A stretch of DNA of 63,295 bases, filler included, from Choristocarpus tenellus KU-1152 (taxonomy: Eukaryota > Protista > Phaeophyceae), in the NCBI GenBank assembly GCA_964200185.2. It is 10 parts of 10 records of this genome, joined end to end, with 100 filler letters (N's around TTAATTAATTAA, not from the genome) between each part and the next. Parts side by side here need not be neighbours in the genome. Positions count along the whole stretch, not along the records: positions 1 to 9,499 come from CAXNAD020003627.1; positions 9,600 to 24,511 come from CAXNAD020001096.1; 8 more parts are not named here. One strand, 5' to 3'. Below, piece by piece: positions 1-10,156 of the stretch. How positions within the stretch are numbered: the first letter of the stretch is position 1; each line of letters starts with the position of its first letter. The notes under the pieces were generated by a model. It made no database searches, was not told the DNA's origin, and saw nothing but the letters and a program-made list of their open reading frames with translations. The position numbers and the translations under genes are program-made.

Positions 1-94
1 GCTAGCCAGCTGGGACTACAACAGGTCTTTTATTTGGACCAAAATCAGGAAAAAAAGTACATTTACATTATCCATCCGACGTATGCACCCATAT

Positions 95-166
95 CACCCA
101 AAAATCGCGACACAAAAAAACTGGACCCCAAATGGACAGCCGCCACCCCTCCTAGATACTTTGAGC
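95..166 (+). mobile_element. Diverged right end of GAG/CTC-terminus MITE (family A/D related)
   Basis: AAAATCGCGACA...TGGACCCCAAATGGAC...CCCCTCCTAGATACTTTGAGC resembles the 3' end of the copies at 1733-1990 and 31048-31306. Confidence 0.55.
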
Positions 167-189
167 CAAACGGAGGAGTTGTATATGTC

Positions 190-960
190 AGACGGAAAGC
201 ACGACGGTTGTGAGACTTGATTTAGGTCCCTCGCGATGTCACTTGGCTGTTGGTTATAATCTTCTCGGAGCAGATCTTCAAACTTTCTATGGCCAGTGAA
301 CCAGCAGCTTCGCGAGAAGACTTCAACCAAAAGAAAGCAAGATACAGGCACTTGCGGACAGAGTGTGTGAGGGAGTTCACCAACCCGTCATGGATCACTG
401 ACTGGGGGGGATCTCAGCAACCCCAAGTATCACGGTGAGAATGCTCCAGGCAACATGCAGCGACCTCTTTATGCCCTCTACTATCTTGAACCTGCAAGAC
501 GTTGAACAAGTGCTTTCGCTAAGGAAAATTGACTTCCTCGACTTGAACGCGACCCCACTGAAGTTTCGGTCAATGATGGAAGGAGGTCCTGAAGGAATAT
601 AAGTGAGACAGGCGTGTTTCTTCTTTCCTTGAATTTATTATTGTTCCCACAAGCAAACGATTATGATCCTTAACTACTGATCTTTCCCTGTGCCACCATT
701 TTTTACTTTGTACTTCGAAGTATAAGCACAATTACAGGTTGATGTTCATGTATGCAATGGTGTGTCGCTTCTACGTCACTGGTTCGTGATTACTAAGTGC
801 CCTTGCATTCAGCCCCACTTACGATGAGGGGTATGCTACACTGTGTTCTTTGTTGTGTCAACTACAGCAAACAACACAACACAACTAACCCTCAAACGAC
901 TATCCCATTGAGCATTTCTTCGATTTCTGCGAGGGAACTTTTGTCACATCCCTTGTGCGA
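190..960 (+). pseudogene. Decayed protein kinase-like region
   Basis: Ordered kinase-like fragments across frames: ITDWGGSQ (DFG-equivalent, ~394-417), VD..MYAMG/VSLL-like (~738-775, after a candidate intron), LTMRGMLH and ISARELLSHP (subdomain XI-like, ~923-950). Interrupted by stops and frameshifts. Confidence 0.35.
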
Positions 961-1732
961 CTGGTGGTTTGATTTCAGAGGGGGGGATAATTGGTTCCTG
1001 AAGACCTTTGCTGCCCTGGAGTTGAGAAGGGAGACAGACGAGTTCAGCACCATGAACGATCTATCTGGGGACATCAATGATACAGATGAATGCAGTCCCT
1101 CGAAGGAAGATATAGGAGGAGGTACCTCCATTACCAAGCCCCCGACAATGAAGAGTAGTCAAGGGAAAGGGAAGTAAAAAAAAATGAACAAAGCTGTTAA
1201 TAGTGATCTGAAGGAGGAGGCATGGACTTGCATAACTCGTGATTTGGGCACTGTTTGCCATAGACAGTGCTAAGGGTTGCGTGCGTAGGCACATTTTGTA
1301 CTTCATCTGATGTGAGGGTTGCCTATTCCAACCTGAACATGAAGAGAATTTCACGAAGTGATTCTGTGCCAATAAATAATCCGGCGTTGCCGAAAAAGCA
1401 TATCCAGTACGCTGAAGGATGGTGTCAAGAGCCTGACTGAATATGATGCAAACACCAATACAGGCCCCAGCACAGATTCATTGTGTGAGAAGATATAAAG
1501 CTTAAGTCGCAAGGTGTAGGAGTTGGGGAGTGCTGGTGGGAGTAGTAGGTCTACACTGCATGGCCCCACATACATAAGGAATGCGTAAAAGAGTGCCTTA
1601 GCAAAGGCATAGCCTGCGTTGGAGAAAAACATTGGGTCTGAGATGGAGGTGGAGGAAATTTAGGTTCACGAAAGTGTTTCTGCACTGAGTAGAGTTAGGG
1701 TTGACTGAAAGAGCATTGTTAATTTGTTTCTA

Positions 1733-1990
1733 GGGTGAAAGTATCTTAGAGGGTACGAGTTTTGCCCTGTTTGTCCATTTGGGGCTTAGCTCCCCATGGG
1801 TTCTTTTATGACATTTTCCTACTCCAAAGTGTTTAGGAGTAGGTAAAGAGTATATCATACGAAAAGATGTGTCCGGAACATGGATATTGACACTCCTAAC
1901 AAACACAATAGTCAAAATTGCGTCAAAATGGCAACATTGGATATTGGCCCCCAAATGGACGCGGCTCTACCCTCTAAGATACTTTAGCTC
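1733..1990 (+). mobile_element. MITE family A (PIF/Harbinger-Tourist-like), 258 bp
   Basis: TIR GGGTGAAAGTATCTTAGAGGGTA ... TACCCTCTAAGATACTTTAGCTC, flanks CTA/TTA. Homologous copies at 31048, 59523, 29008 and 56312. Confidence 0.9.
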
Positions 1991-3342
1991 TTAGTTCCCT
2001 GTGGTACTCCAGGCGTCACACCTTTTGTTTTCGGTAGGTATATGGATGCCCTTGTGAGCTATGTGGTACCTGCACCTTAGTGCTGAGGTGTCTTTTCCTC
2101 CTGACATTTTTTGGACACTCTTGTGTGCACTTCCTTCAAAGTCACCCTACTCAGGTCATTTGTTTCTGTCCTTGTCGATATTGTTTTCTTGCTTACATAT
2201 TTTCCTTGTCCTCCACCCTCTTGCTATCGTAACCTCTGTATAAAATGGGGGCGCACGGATCAGAGCTCTGAAATAAGTGAATGGAATTTGCCACTACTAT
2301 TTTTTGGTTCATAGATTGTTCTGTATGTTAAAAATAACAATTACAAGATTGTTTATTTGTGGATGTTTGATGGTGGTTCTTCCTCGTACCTCTGTTGCTT
2401 GTCAACGAGTGTCATGATTTTTTTTTTTGTATAGCAACACCTACTCCAAAGATATTTTGGCGCATTTTTATGGAATACAAAATATTCGTAGAGCCTCTTA
2501 CCTAACTTTAATGGCCTTAACCCCATGTGGGGTGAATGAGAACACGAAAAAAGGAGTGTGCAAAGTATTTTATTTTTGTATCATTGTTGAACGTCCAGCT
2601 GTGTCATTTGTGTGAGCAAGAAACACTATACAGCAGCCTATTGTTCGCAGAACGTGTGGTCCTAGAGTTCACAGGCCTGATGAGGACAACTCATGACCGC
2701 CTCAAACGTCCCATCAACGACGAATGTATACTTCGACCCACTTGGTCCCTCATGCCCGCAATTATCACGAGGAAGAGGAATATTTTCCGCAATGAACTAA
2801 TAGGTTTCCAGCCATCTCTGCTTGAATTGCCTACCTTGAACCCTGGCCGTTGGGGACACTACACAACATCTCGTTGCATTTCCTACAGTGTGTGTGAGAG
2901 ATGATATGCAAGAGTGGCGTGTCATGGATGGGATGTCAAAGTTGACCGGTACTTGAAGATATAGGGATGCATTGAGTTGAGGTTATTGAAATCCACACTA
3001 GTGGTAGTTGTTCTTCTATTTCACACCTTACGCCTACAATGAGTAATTAGTGATATCACAAGTAGGAAGGAAGTGTCACAGGCGATATGTCTTGATGGCG
3101 GTTTCATAAACACCATTATGACATTGAAGTTCGAGATTTGATTTATTTGTACTTCTTGATTATTTATTTATTATTTGGTCATTATGGCCCCTGATTGTGA
3201 TCGACATTGTTGATCAGTCCCTTTTTTATACCATGTTATTTACGATAATCCAAGTGAGAGATCCAGCATACTTGACGACTTGTGCATCAGGAGTCCTATA
3301 CCTACATCAGTATCATCTATAAGACGGTGGATTGGAGCTATA

Positions 3343-3549
3343 CATCCTGTGGAGGTGAGCTTCTGAGGGGCGCCTGTAACAGAAGTGGGTTGTGATTGTG
3401 AAAATATTTTATATATTATTATTCTCACACTAATAGTCTCGAAACTTCTCCACTACCTCCAACCAAGACCATCCACCATCAGATTTCAGTGCACACTACA
3501 AGGACTATTATTGTTGCAGGCACCCCTCAGAACTCACCTCCACAGGATG
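3343..3549. mobile_element. Tc1/mariner (Stowaway-like) MITE, 207 bp
   Basis: ~40-bp near-perfect TIRs (CATCCTGTGGAGGTGAG(C)TTCTGAGGGG(C/T)GCCTG(T/C)AACA) with TA on both flanks. Confidence 0.85.
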
Positions 3550-3942
3550 TACAAATCAAATCCAACGACCTTAAAATGACGCTATGGGGACATTGCCCTT
3601 GATAACAGTTTGTAGGGTGTCAGGTGTCCTTCTCTTCTTGATATTCCACTCAGTGCTTAGCTCAAAGCTCGACTCAAAGTTTCGTTCAAGATAAAGATAA
3701 AAGACTGGAGGCAAAAAGGGGGTGATCGTTTGACCACAAGCCCTCTTATCATTTTCATCATCCACCCAATTTCGTTGATCTTCTATGCAACTGTTCTACA
3801 CGTAATCCAATCATAAACCTTTATTCTGCAACTCCTTACGGACTTTGACAAATGTTACGTATGCATCCCGAACCTTACTCTGTATCTTCTATGAAATCAG
3901 AATTTATTCTGTAAGGCTACCTATGTTTTACTAATATCGTAT

Positions 3943-4111
3943 ATTGTTCGCACTTGTTAGAACGTGAGAAACAATACTCGCACTATCGGTCTGTCACAAA
4001 TGTTCGTGTTTGTTAAAACATGGGAAGAAATGCTCGCTCTATTTGCATGTAACAAATGATCGCACTTCGTTGGAACACAAGAAGAAATGCTCGCACTATT
4101 CGCCTATAACA
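3943..4111. repeat. Degenerate tandem repeat, ~55-57 bp unit x3
   Basis: Recurring AATG(T/C)TCGCACT...AGAAATGCTCGC(A/T)CTAT motifs. Confidence 0.6.
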
Positions 4112-4207
4112 TTATTTCTACCCTACGAACTACGCTGACCCATTCCTGACTTTTTATTTTTTCATGTATTGGGTTTAGGGTTAGCGTTAGTAATATATTG
4201 TTATAAC

Positions 4208-4295
4208 CATTTTGGAGATGTGTCAGGGGAAAAGTTGTACACAGTAATTTTATAAATATGCCCTGTGACATTTTGCAGATGTGTCAGGGGAAAAA
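4208..4295. repeat. Dispersed repeat (locally duplicated CATTTTG(G/C)AGATGTGTCAGGGG), with a reverse-complement copy at ~61070-61115
   Basis: TGCCCTGTGACATTTTGCAGATGTGTCAGGGG matches the reverse complement of 61070-61106. Confidence 0.7.
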
Positions 4296-5607
4296 CGAAT
4301 GAAAATTATTCACATGTCAGAACAATCCCTAAAATAAGTAGCAGTTGTCATAATTGTGAAAAACATTGATCTATTTACTATTAAACTACCACCTATACTA
4401 TACCACAGCCTTACTGTGCTTTCAACCTAGCTTATGCCGGCATCCCAGGGTGAGGAGCGAGGGAAGCATCCCAAGAAGCTAACAAGTCCCTCCTTGCCCA
4501 ACCCCCTGGTGTCTCCAGTTTAAAACGCGCGACACGTCTAGACAGGGCCACCTGTGTTGTAAGAGATACTATTTGTTGTAGACAGGATTTGACCGCCCCT
4601 TTTCCTACTGTAGCCTCCAGTCCCTCTCCTCCCTACAGTGTGTGTAGCTAGCTCATCCAGGAATCTTTCTGCTTGGATACATTAGCGGTGCCCAAAACTT
4701 TCCACCGCGAAGGTGTTGAGGTTATAACAAAAGAGAATCAAAAGAGTCCTCGTAGTTGGTGCGCGATATATTTGGAAAGTATGATGGGGAATAATAATAT
4801 ATATATATATATTATTGGAACGTGGTCGTAACAGTATTTCCTTTTTTTCTTGTAATCCAAACACAGAAAAAAAGGATTGGAAAAGTTGTCTTAATTATTG
4901 AAAAGAATTTCAAACCCTAACATTAAGCCAATAATAATGTTCCTAACAAAGTGAGAAATAGTTGGTTGGTATACGACCGATTAATTTACTACTATATAGT
5001 AGATGGGGGATTCGTTCCAGTTTTGTGTGTCAGTTTGAAGGAAGTGTGAGGGGAGGTCACCCTAGGAAGGAGGAATAGTCATTCTCCTGCCGTACTCTGC
5101 TGCAACTCTACCTACAGGAAGGTTCGGTTTTGAAGTGTCGATAGTAAGTTTGTCCGCGTTGAATCGTTGTTTCAATCACCTTCCTCCTCTTCCATGGTCT
5201 CTTTTTGACCTTGTTTTGAGAGGAGGAAACATCAGAGGTAAAGCTTACTGCCATGTTTCCGGGCACAGCCGAGGTTCACCATCCTCACGGTGGCGGGTGA
5301 GTTATATAGGAGCGCATTTTTTCGACCTTTCTGTGAAGGCCCGAAGGTGGAGTAAGGAACATTGTCCAATTCTTTCTTTTGTACAAAGGAAAGGAAGTCA
5401 AATATCCATAGTATGTGGGTGCCACCATATCTCGCCATGAATGCAGCGTACTTGCGAGGCTGTGACGGAAAACCTCCTGGAGAATAGCACCCAATATTTG
5501 TTGCTGGCACAATACCATGAGAAGAGACCCTGAGTCCTTCCACGCACAGGGTTTTTTCGTCGGAACTTGACGTTCTTGCCCCCAAATGTTTTTATTTTGC
5601 CAGTTTT

Positions 5608-7038
5608 ATGGAGGATGATGGAAATCAACGTGCACGAGGTCAACGTCGTTTCCAGACGGGTCTGCTCATTTGCCTCCTGCTTATCCTGCTGGATGCGCGG
5701 TCATCCTCGAGGGATTCGCAGGCTTCGGCCTCCCGTGGGGCGGCAAAGCGGAAACGAGATCAGGAGCTGAGTAAGATGGCCGAAAATATAAGGAAGGACT
5801 TCAAGAATATACCTCATAATCGAGCATTTCCAACGAATGTGACCGGATATTACAAAGGTGAGAGAAAGACATAGAGCAAGGAGGCATGGGGCTCTGGGGG
5901 CCCTGGAGGAGAGTATAACGAAGGAGATCTCAAGTCGTATGAAACTGCCAAGTGGAAGCGTTTGCTTTTTCAAGCGATAGGGGAAATTAGAAGTGACATG
6001 CCTAGGCAGGGGAGAACGCCTCACGTAACTACATACTGGTGCTCTACGGGTGGACTATGGATACCTTTGGAGATAAAAATTATGCAAGGGTGGTTACGAC
6101 TTGGCATCACTGGTTGGAAAATGCTTGCACATGGCCTGTAGTAGTTGTTCTTTGCCAGCTGTGTAAAACTCTATGCGTTATAATGATGATTTGTTGGCGC
6201 AGTGAGGTTTCGTTGCCTGTTAGCAGCACTTTTTTTTCAGCTGTTACTTAGGGTAACATTCTATTTCTTTTGTGGTTTACAGAGATAGTGAAGGCAGAGT
6301 TTTCTCTTTGTTTTTCTGCAGCTTTGGCCGGGGCAACATTTCTTCCCATTTTTTTTTGGCTTGTGTGGATGATGGGCGGTTATGTAGTTAGTTGAGGGGT
6401 GCAATGCATGCCTTCATTACTTTTTTTTGGGCTTATTTTTTTTTTCCAGCGATTGTACTTGTGACTCTGCCTTCCAAACCATTCTGCCTCCGGATGACAT
6501 CATGCCTTTTAAAGTGAGAGTTTGACTGCCATTCGCTGCCCCTTAATGATCCTGACCATTGATGTCCATGGAACCAAACGGATATGCAGGAAAGTGGGAG
6601 CAGGTTGCCCAGGCGGATATGGTGACAGTGGTACCATCCTTAAAGGAGGCCAGCCCACCTAAGCTTGCAATGAATGGAAAGGTACAAATACCTGAGAACA
6701 AGCCATGTTATGTTTTTTGTTTTGGAGCATGGCACTGCTGATACATGAAGTGCAGCAAGAGTTTGGCATTGTTTCAACACGTACCTTTGGATCAACGCTG
6801 TTTTGCTGCTCCTCCCTTTAGGGCATATTTCAATTTTTTGGTTTTTTACCATCTCCTTTGAAACCAACCCTTACTCACCTTCCATGTTCCTTTGTTGAAA
6901 CTATGACCTTCGGCTCTGGGACTCGCCATTGTTGTGGATCAGAAGGCAGGAACAGAATCGACTGCAGTGTCAGATTCAAAGCAAAATTCCTCTCAGATAT
7001 ACATGCAGGCTAGCTCAGGAAACATCAGATTTGAGCTG
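5608..7038 (+). CDS. 5' part of a Tul1/Dsc1/FLY1-like transmembrane RING E3 ubiquitin ligase; exons 5608-5857, 6590-6681, 6943-7038; rest not found in this contig
   Basis: Phase-consistent GT-AG splicing gives an N-terminal hydrophobic segment (LLICLLLILL), then FPTNVTGYYKGKW and SSGNIRFEL, resembling the N(I/V)TGxYxGxW luminal motif of FLY1/Tul1. CpG-rich 5' region. Confidence 0.6.
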
Positions 7039-7779
7039 GTGTGTACCCAGGGATACGTCCCACACCCCCTAGCCCTGCACCTCTTGCCTTTTTCCAAAGT
7101 TCCACCATACTGTTTTTAGTTTGTTGATGTTAATATGTTGGAGATACTTTGATACCCTTGTAGTGTATATATTTGGTGCAGCTGGACAAAAAGACTGCTT
7201 TTATGATGCCATTTCCATTAGAAGCTGAGTGAAAGAGATGGAATATTTGCCAGTTAAGGGAAGGACATTGGACAAGAGTTGTTTGAGTGAGAGGAGTGAT
7301 ACCTATGTTTGTGGGGGTTGAGTGTGTGTGCACAAGAGTAGTTAACTGCTGGTGCACACCCTTTGGATAGAGGGACTGTTTCTATATCGAATGGGTGACG
7401 TTAGATTTGAGACATGTCTCAATATGCCCCTTGTCTCAAAGCATAGCTGTTTGGCATTACACACTTGTATGCTTCCCTTAGAGCTTATAGAAGTAGGACT
7501 TCAGATATTAAAATGGCATGGTGAAAAATCTGTTCATACAATAAATGCTGAAGTTCATGTTACACAACCAAGGAAATAATGTTCATAAAAAGAGAGGTGT
7601 ACACTTCAAGTAGGTCCCATTGATGCGTACGTACATGGCTACCAACTGAAGAGATGAAAAAGGCCAAAATTGGATAAGACTGTACCGATTTTTTGTTAAA
7701 AGCGTTTTTTTTTTTAAAGCTCCAGTTTTTGTTGTCCAATTCAAGCGATCTTTTCTCACAAGGATGTCATTTGAAAATC

Positions 7780-9499
7780 GTTCATGTTACTCTCCTTGGG
7801 CATTATCTGCAAGGTATTTCGCCAGTTTTATTTCTTCTTACTGAGCATTTCCATAGCAAGGGGCTACATGCGATATTTCCTAGTAATCCAATCTACGTGC
7901 TCTTTGTGTCATTCTGCCAAATCTTCCAGCCCTGACATTGCAGGGCTGAACGGTTTCTTAAAGAGTTGCTGCTCACTGATTTTGATTATTGAATATATCC
8001 TTCCAACCCTATGAGGGAGGTTTGATTGAGATTTGAATGCTGGTGGGAGATTAGGAGGAGGGTGGGGTGAGAGTTTAGAGTTCTAATGTAGAAGTGCGAT
8101 GTGTATTGATTGTCACCTCTCTTGAAATATCTTGTAATTTCTAGCTCAAGCAAGTGATCAGCCTATTTCTGTAAATCTTCCCAACTGATGTTTGTATGGC
8201 CTGGGTGTTGTAATGATTCAGGCAAGCGCACCTATTGAAGGGCCAGGTGGTAACAAGGATGTGAGCAGAGTGTGGGGCTGGATAAAGCTGATTGATGGGT
8301 CACACTTGACACACCATGATGCAACATACAATATTCAAGGTAAGAGAACTAAAGACTAGCTGGTATGGACAGGAGCCAACTAAATTTTTGTGAACACAAG
8401 CCAATCTTTCTGGCACTTTTTTTTTAGGTTGTAGACGGCATGTAGAATAAAATTTCTTAACATGCAAATAATGTAACTTTGATGATTCCCCCATCTCGCA
8501 TGCCCCACTCCTTGTTGAAATCTCCTTTTCCCCCTGCCCCACCATGTCCACCATTGTAGGGTTGTTCTTTCACAAGTTTGGACGCCTCAGTGCTGTGGTA
8601 GCATCAACAGGAACGAAGGTGAAGGTCGTTTGGGACCATGCCTCCCTGCTCTCTGAAAAAACTCATGGTAACCAGACCACCCTGTTGGAGCCAAAGCTGC
8701 TTGGGGATGGAGAGGAGGGGGGGGGGGGGGGGGGGGTTGCAAGGGGAAAAAAGGTGGGAGGGTTTGGGTTGGGGGGGAAGAAGGGGGAGGGGGNNNNNNN
8801 NNNGGGCAAGGAACGGCTGGGGGGGGAAGAGGGGGGGGGGGGGGGGGGTGAGGTTTCAAGGAAGAAAGAGGATGGCAGTTCTAGTATGGTGGGAAAGACA
8901 GGTGAAGGTGGAGGGAACTCAAGCAAGGACAAGGGAACTGAAAAGGTGATCCCTGTTCCACCTTTAGGAGAAGGAGAAAACAGGAAGGATGATGTGCTGA
9001 TTGCTGGGAGGGGAGAGAACAAGGGGGAGAACAGTAGTGGTCAAGGGGTGGGGAAAGAAGGGGGTAGTGGCAATGGTGATGAAAGGTGGGATGAGGGCAA
9101 TGGGGGCAGAAGGAAGTCACAGGGGATAGGGAAGGAAGACTACACTGATGCCTATTTGGGCATTGTGGACTCAGGGAAGGAGGGCGAGGAATGGCTGGGC
9201 CACAGGTTCCTGGTATCCATGGGGGATGGTGATGTATCAACTATGCTGAGTGTGGATGGCAGTGGGCGGGGGCATCATGTTGAGGGGGGAGTTGGTACTC
9301 GTGCAGGCTTTCTGGTGCCCCCGGAGGGGTTAGACAGCATTGAATGGGGGAGAAGTGGACGAGTAAATGGGCAAATGGGTTCGGTGCTTGGTGATGATTG
9401 GATGGATGAGTGGGGACTGGGTATGGGCATGGCACCTCATGGAGGCTGGCTGGATGGGTGGGGGATAGGGGGGTGGCGTTGGGGAAGGTTAGCGGGACT
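7780..9499 (-). mobile_element. Probable highly decayed non-LTR retroelement / low-complexity C-rich tract
   Basis: Strong strand skew (C/T-rich on minus), broken frames, no intact motif. The 335-aa plus ORF is a G-rich artefact containing Ns. Confidence 0.25.
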
Positions 9500-9599
9500 N
9501 NNNNNNNNNNNNNNNNNNNNNNNNNNNNNNNNNNNNNNNNNNNTTAATTAATTAANNNNNNNNNNNNNNNNNNNNNNNNNNNNNNNNNNNNNNNNNNNN
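9500..9599. other. Artificial contig spacer (44N-TTAATTAATTAA-44N); also at 24512, 30673, 36964, 43513, 50274, 53187, 56212, 60674
   Basis: Identical 100-bp structure nine times; TTAATTAATTAA places stops in all six frames. Confidence 0.97.
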
Positions 9600-10156
9600 C
9601 CCTTCCAAGTGCAAAAACAGTTGCAAAAAAAAACCTTTTGGTACATTAGGGGGAGTTCATAATCTCTTCTTTGTAACTCAATTAACACGTATGATTCAGC
9701 CTTGCTTGTCTAAAACATGGGGCATATTCTGTCTCAGATACCACAGTGGAGTATGAGTGAAGGACTGACTGGAATCAATCCCTTTTGTGCCTTGCCCCTT
9801 GACTCTCTGTGCATGAACCATTATGTATGCCCTGCGCACGCTTAGATTGAATTGAACGAGTAAAACCTCTGTCGAACTGATTCAACCTACGCCACTCCAG
9901 AAATCTTCCAATTTCCAACACTTTCTTGTCTCTGATTGGCAGCAGGTTGTTGAATCTCCACAACTGCATCAAGAATGAAATGTGAGACTTTAAGCCTAGA
10001 CAGCCTTTTAAAAACAACAAACCACACAAACCCCTACCATCCAACTACGCCCAACCTATACATGGGTTCCAATTGGCACAAACCTTCCCCCTTACGCCAA
10101 AATTTTCATCTAGAAGCAAGGGGGTGGCATCCCAGGTGCACAGAGAGCTAAACTCT

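Noticed and set aside
5050-5254. Divergent gene starting ATGGCA|GTAAG on minus
   Set aside because: Candidate downstream exons hit stops in the required phase.
8544-9551. 335-aa Gly-rich ORF
   Set aside because: Low-complexity G-rich sequence with Ns, closed by the linker stop.
9544-9555. Recurrent TTAATTAATTAA palindrome
   Set aside because: Always centred in N runs; a synthetic six-frame-stop linker.
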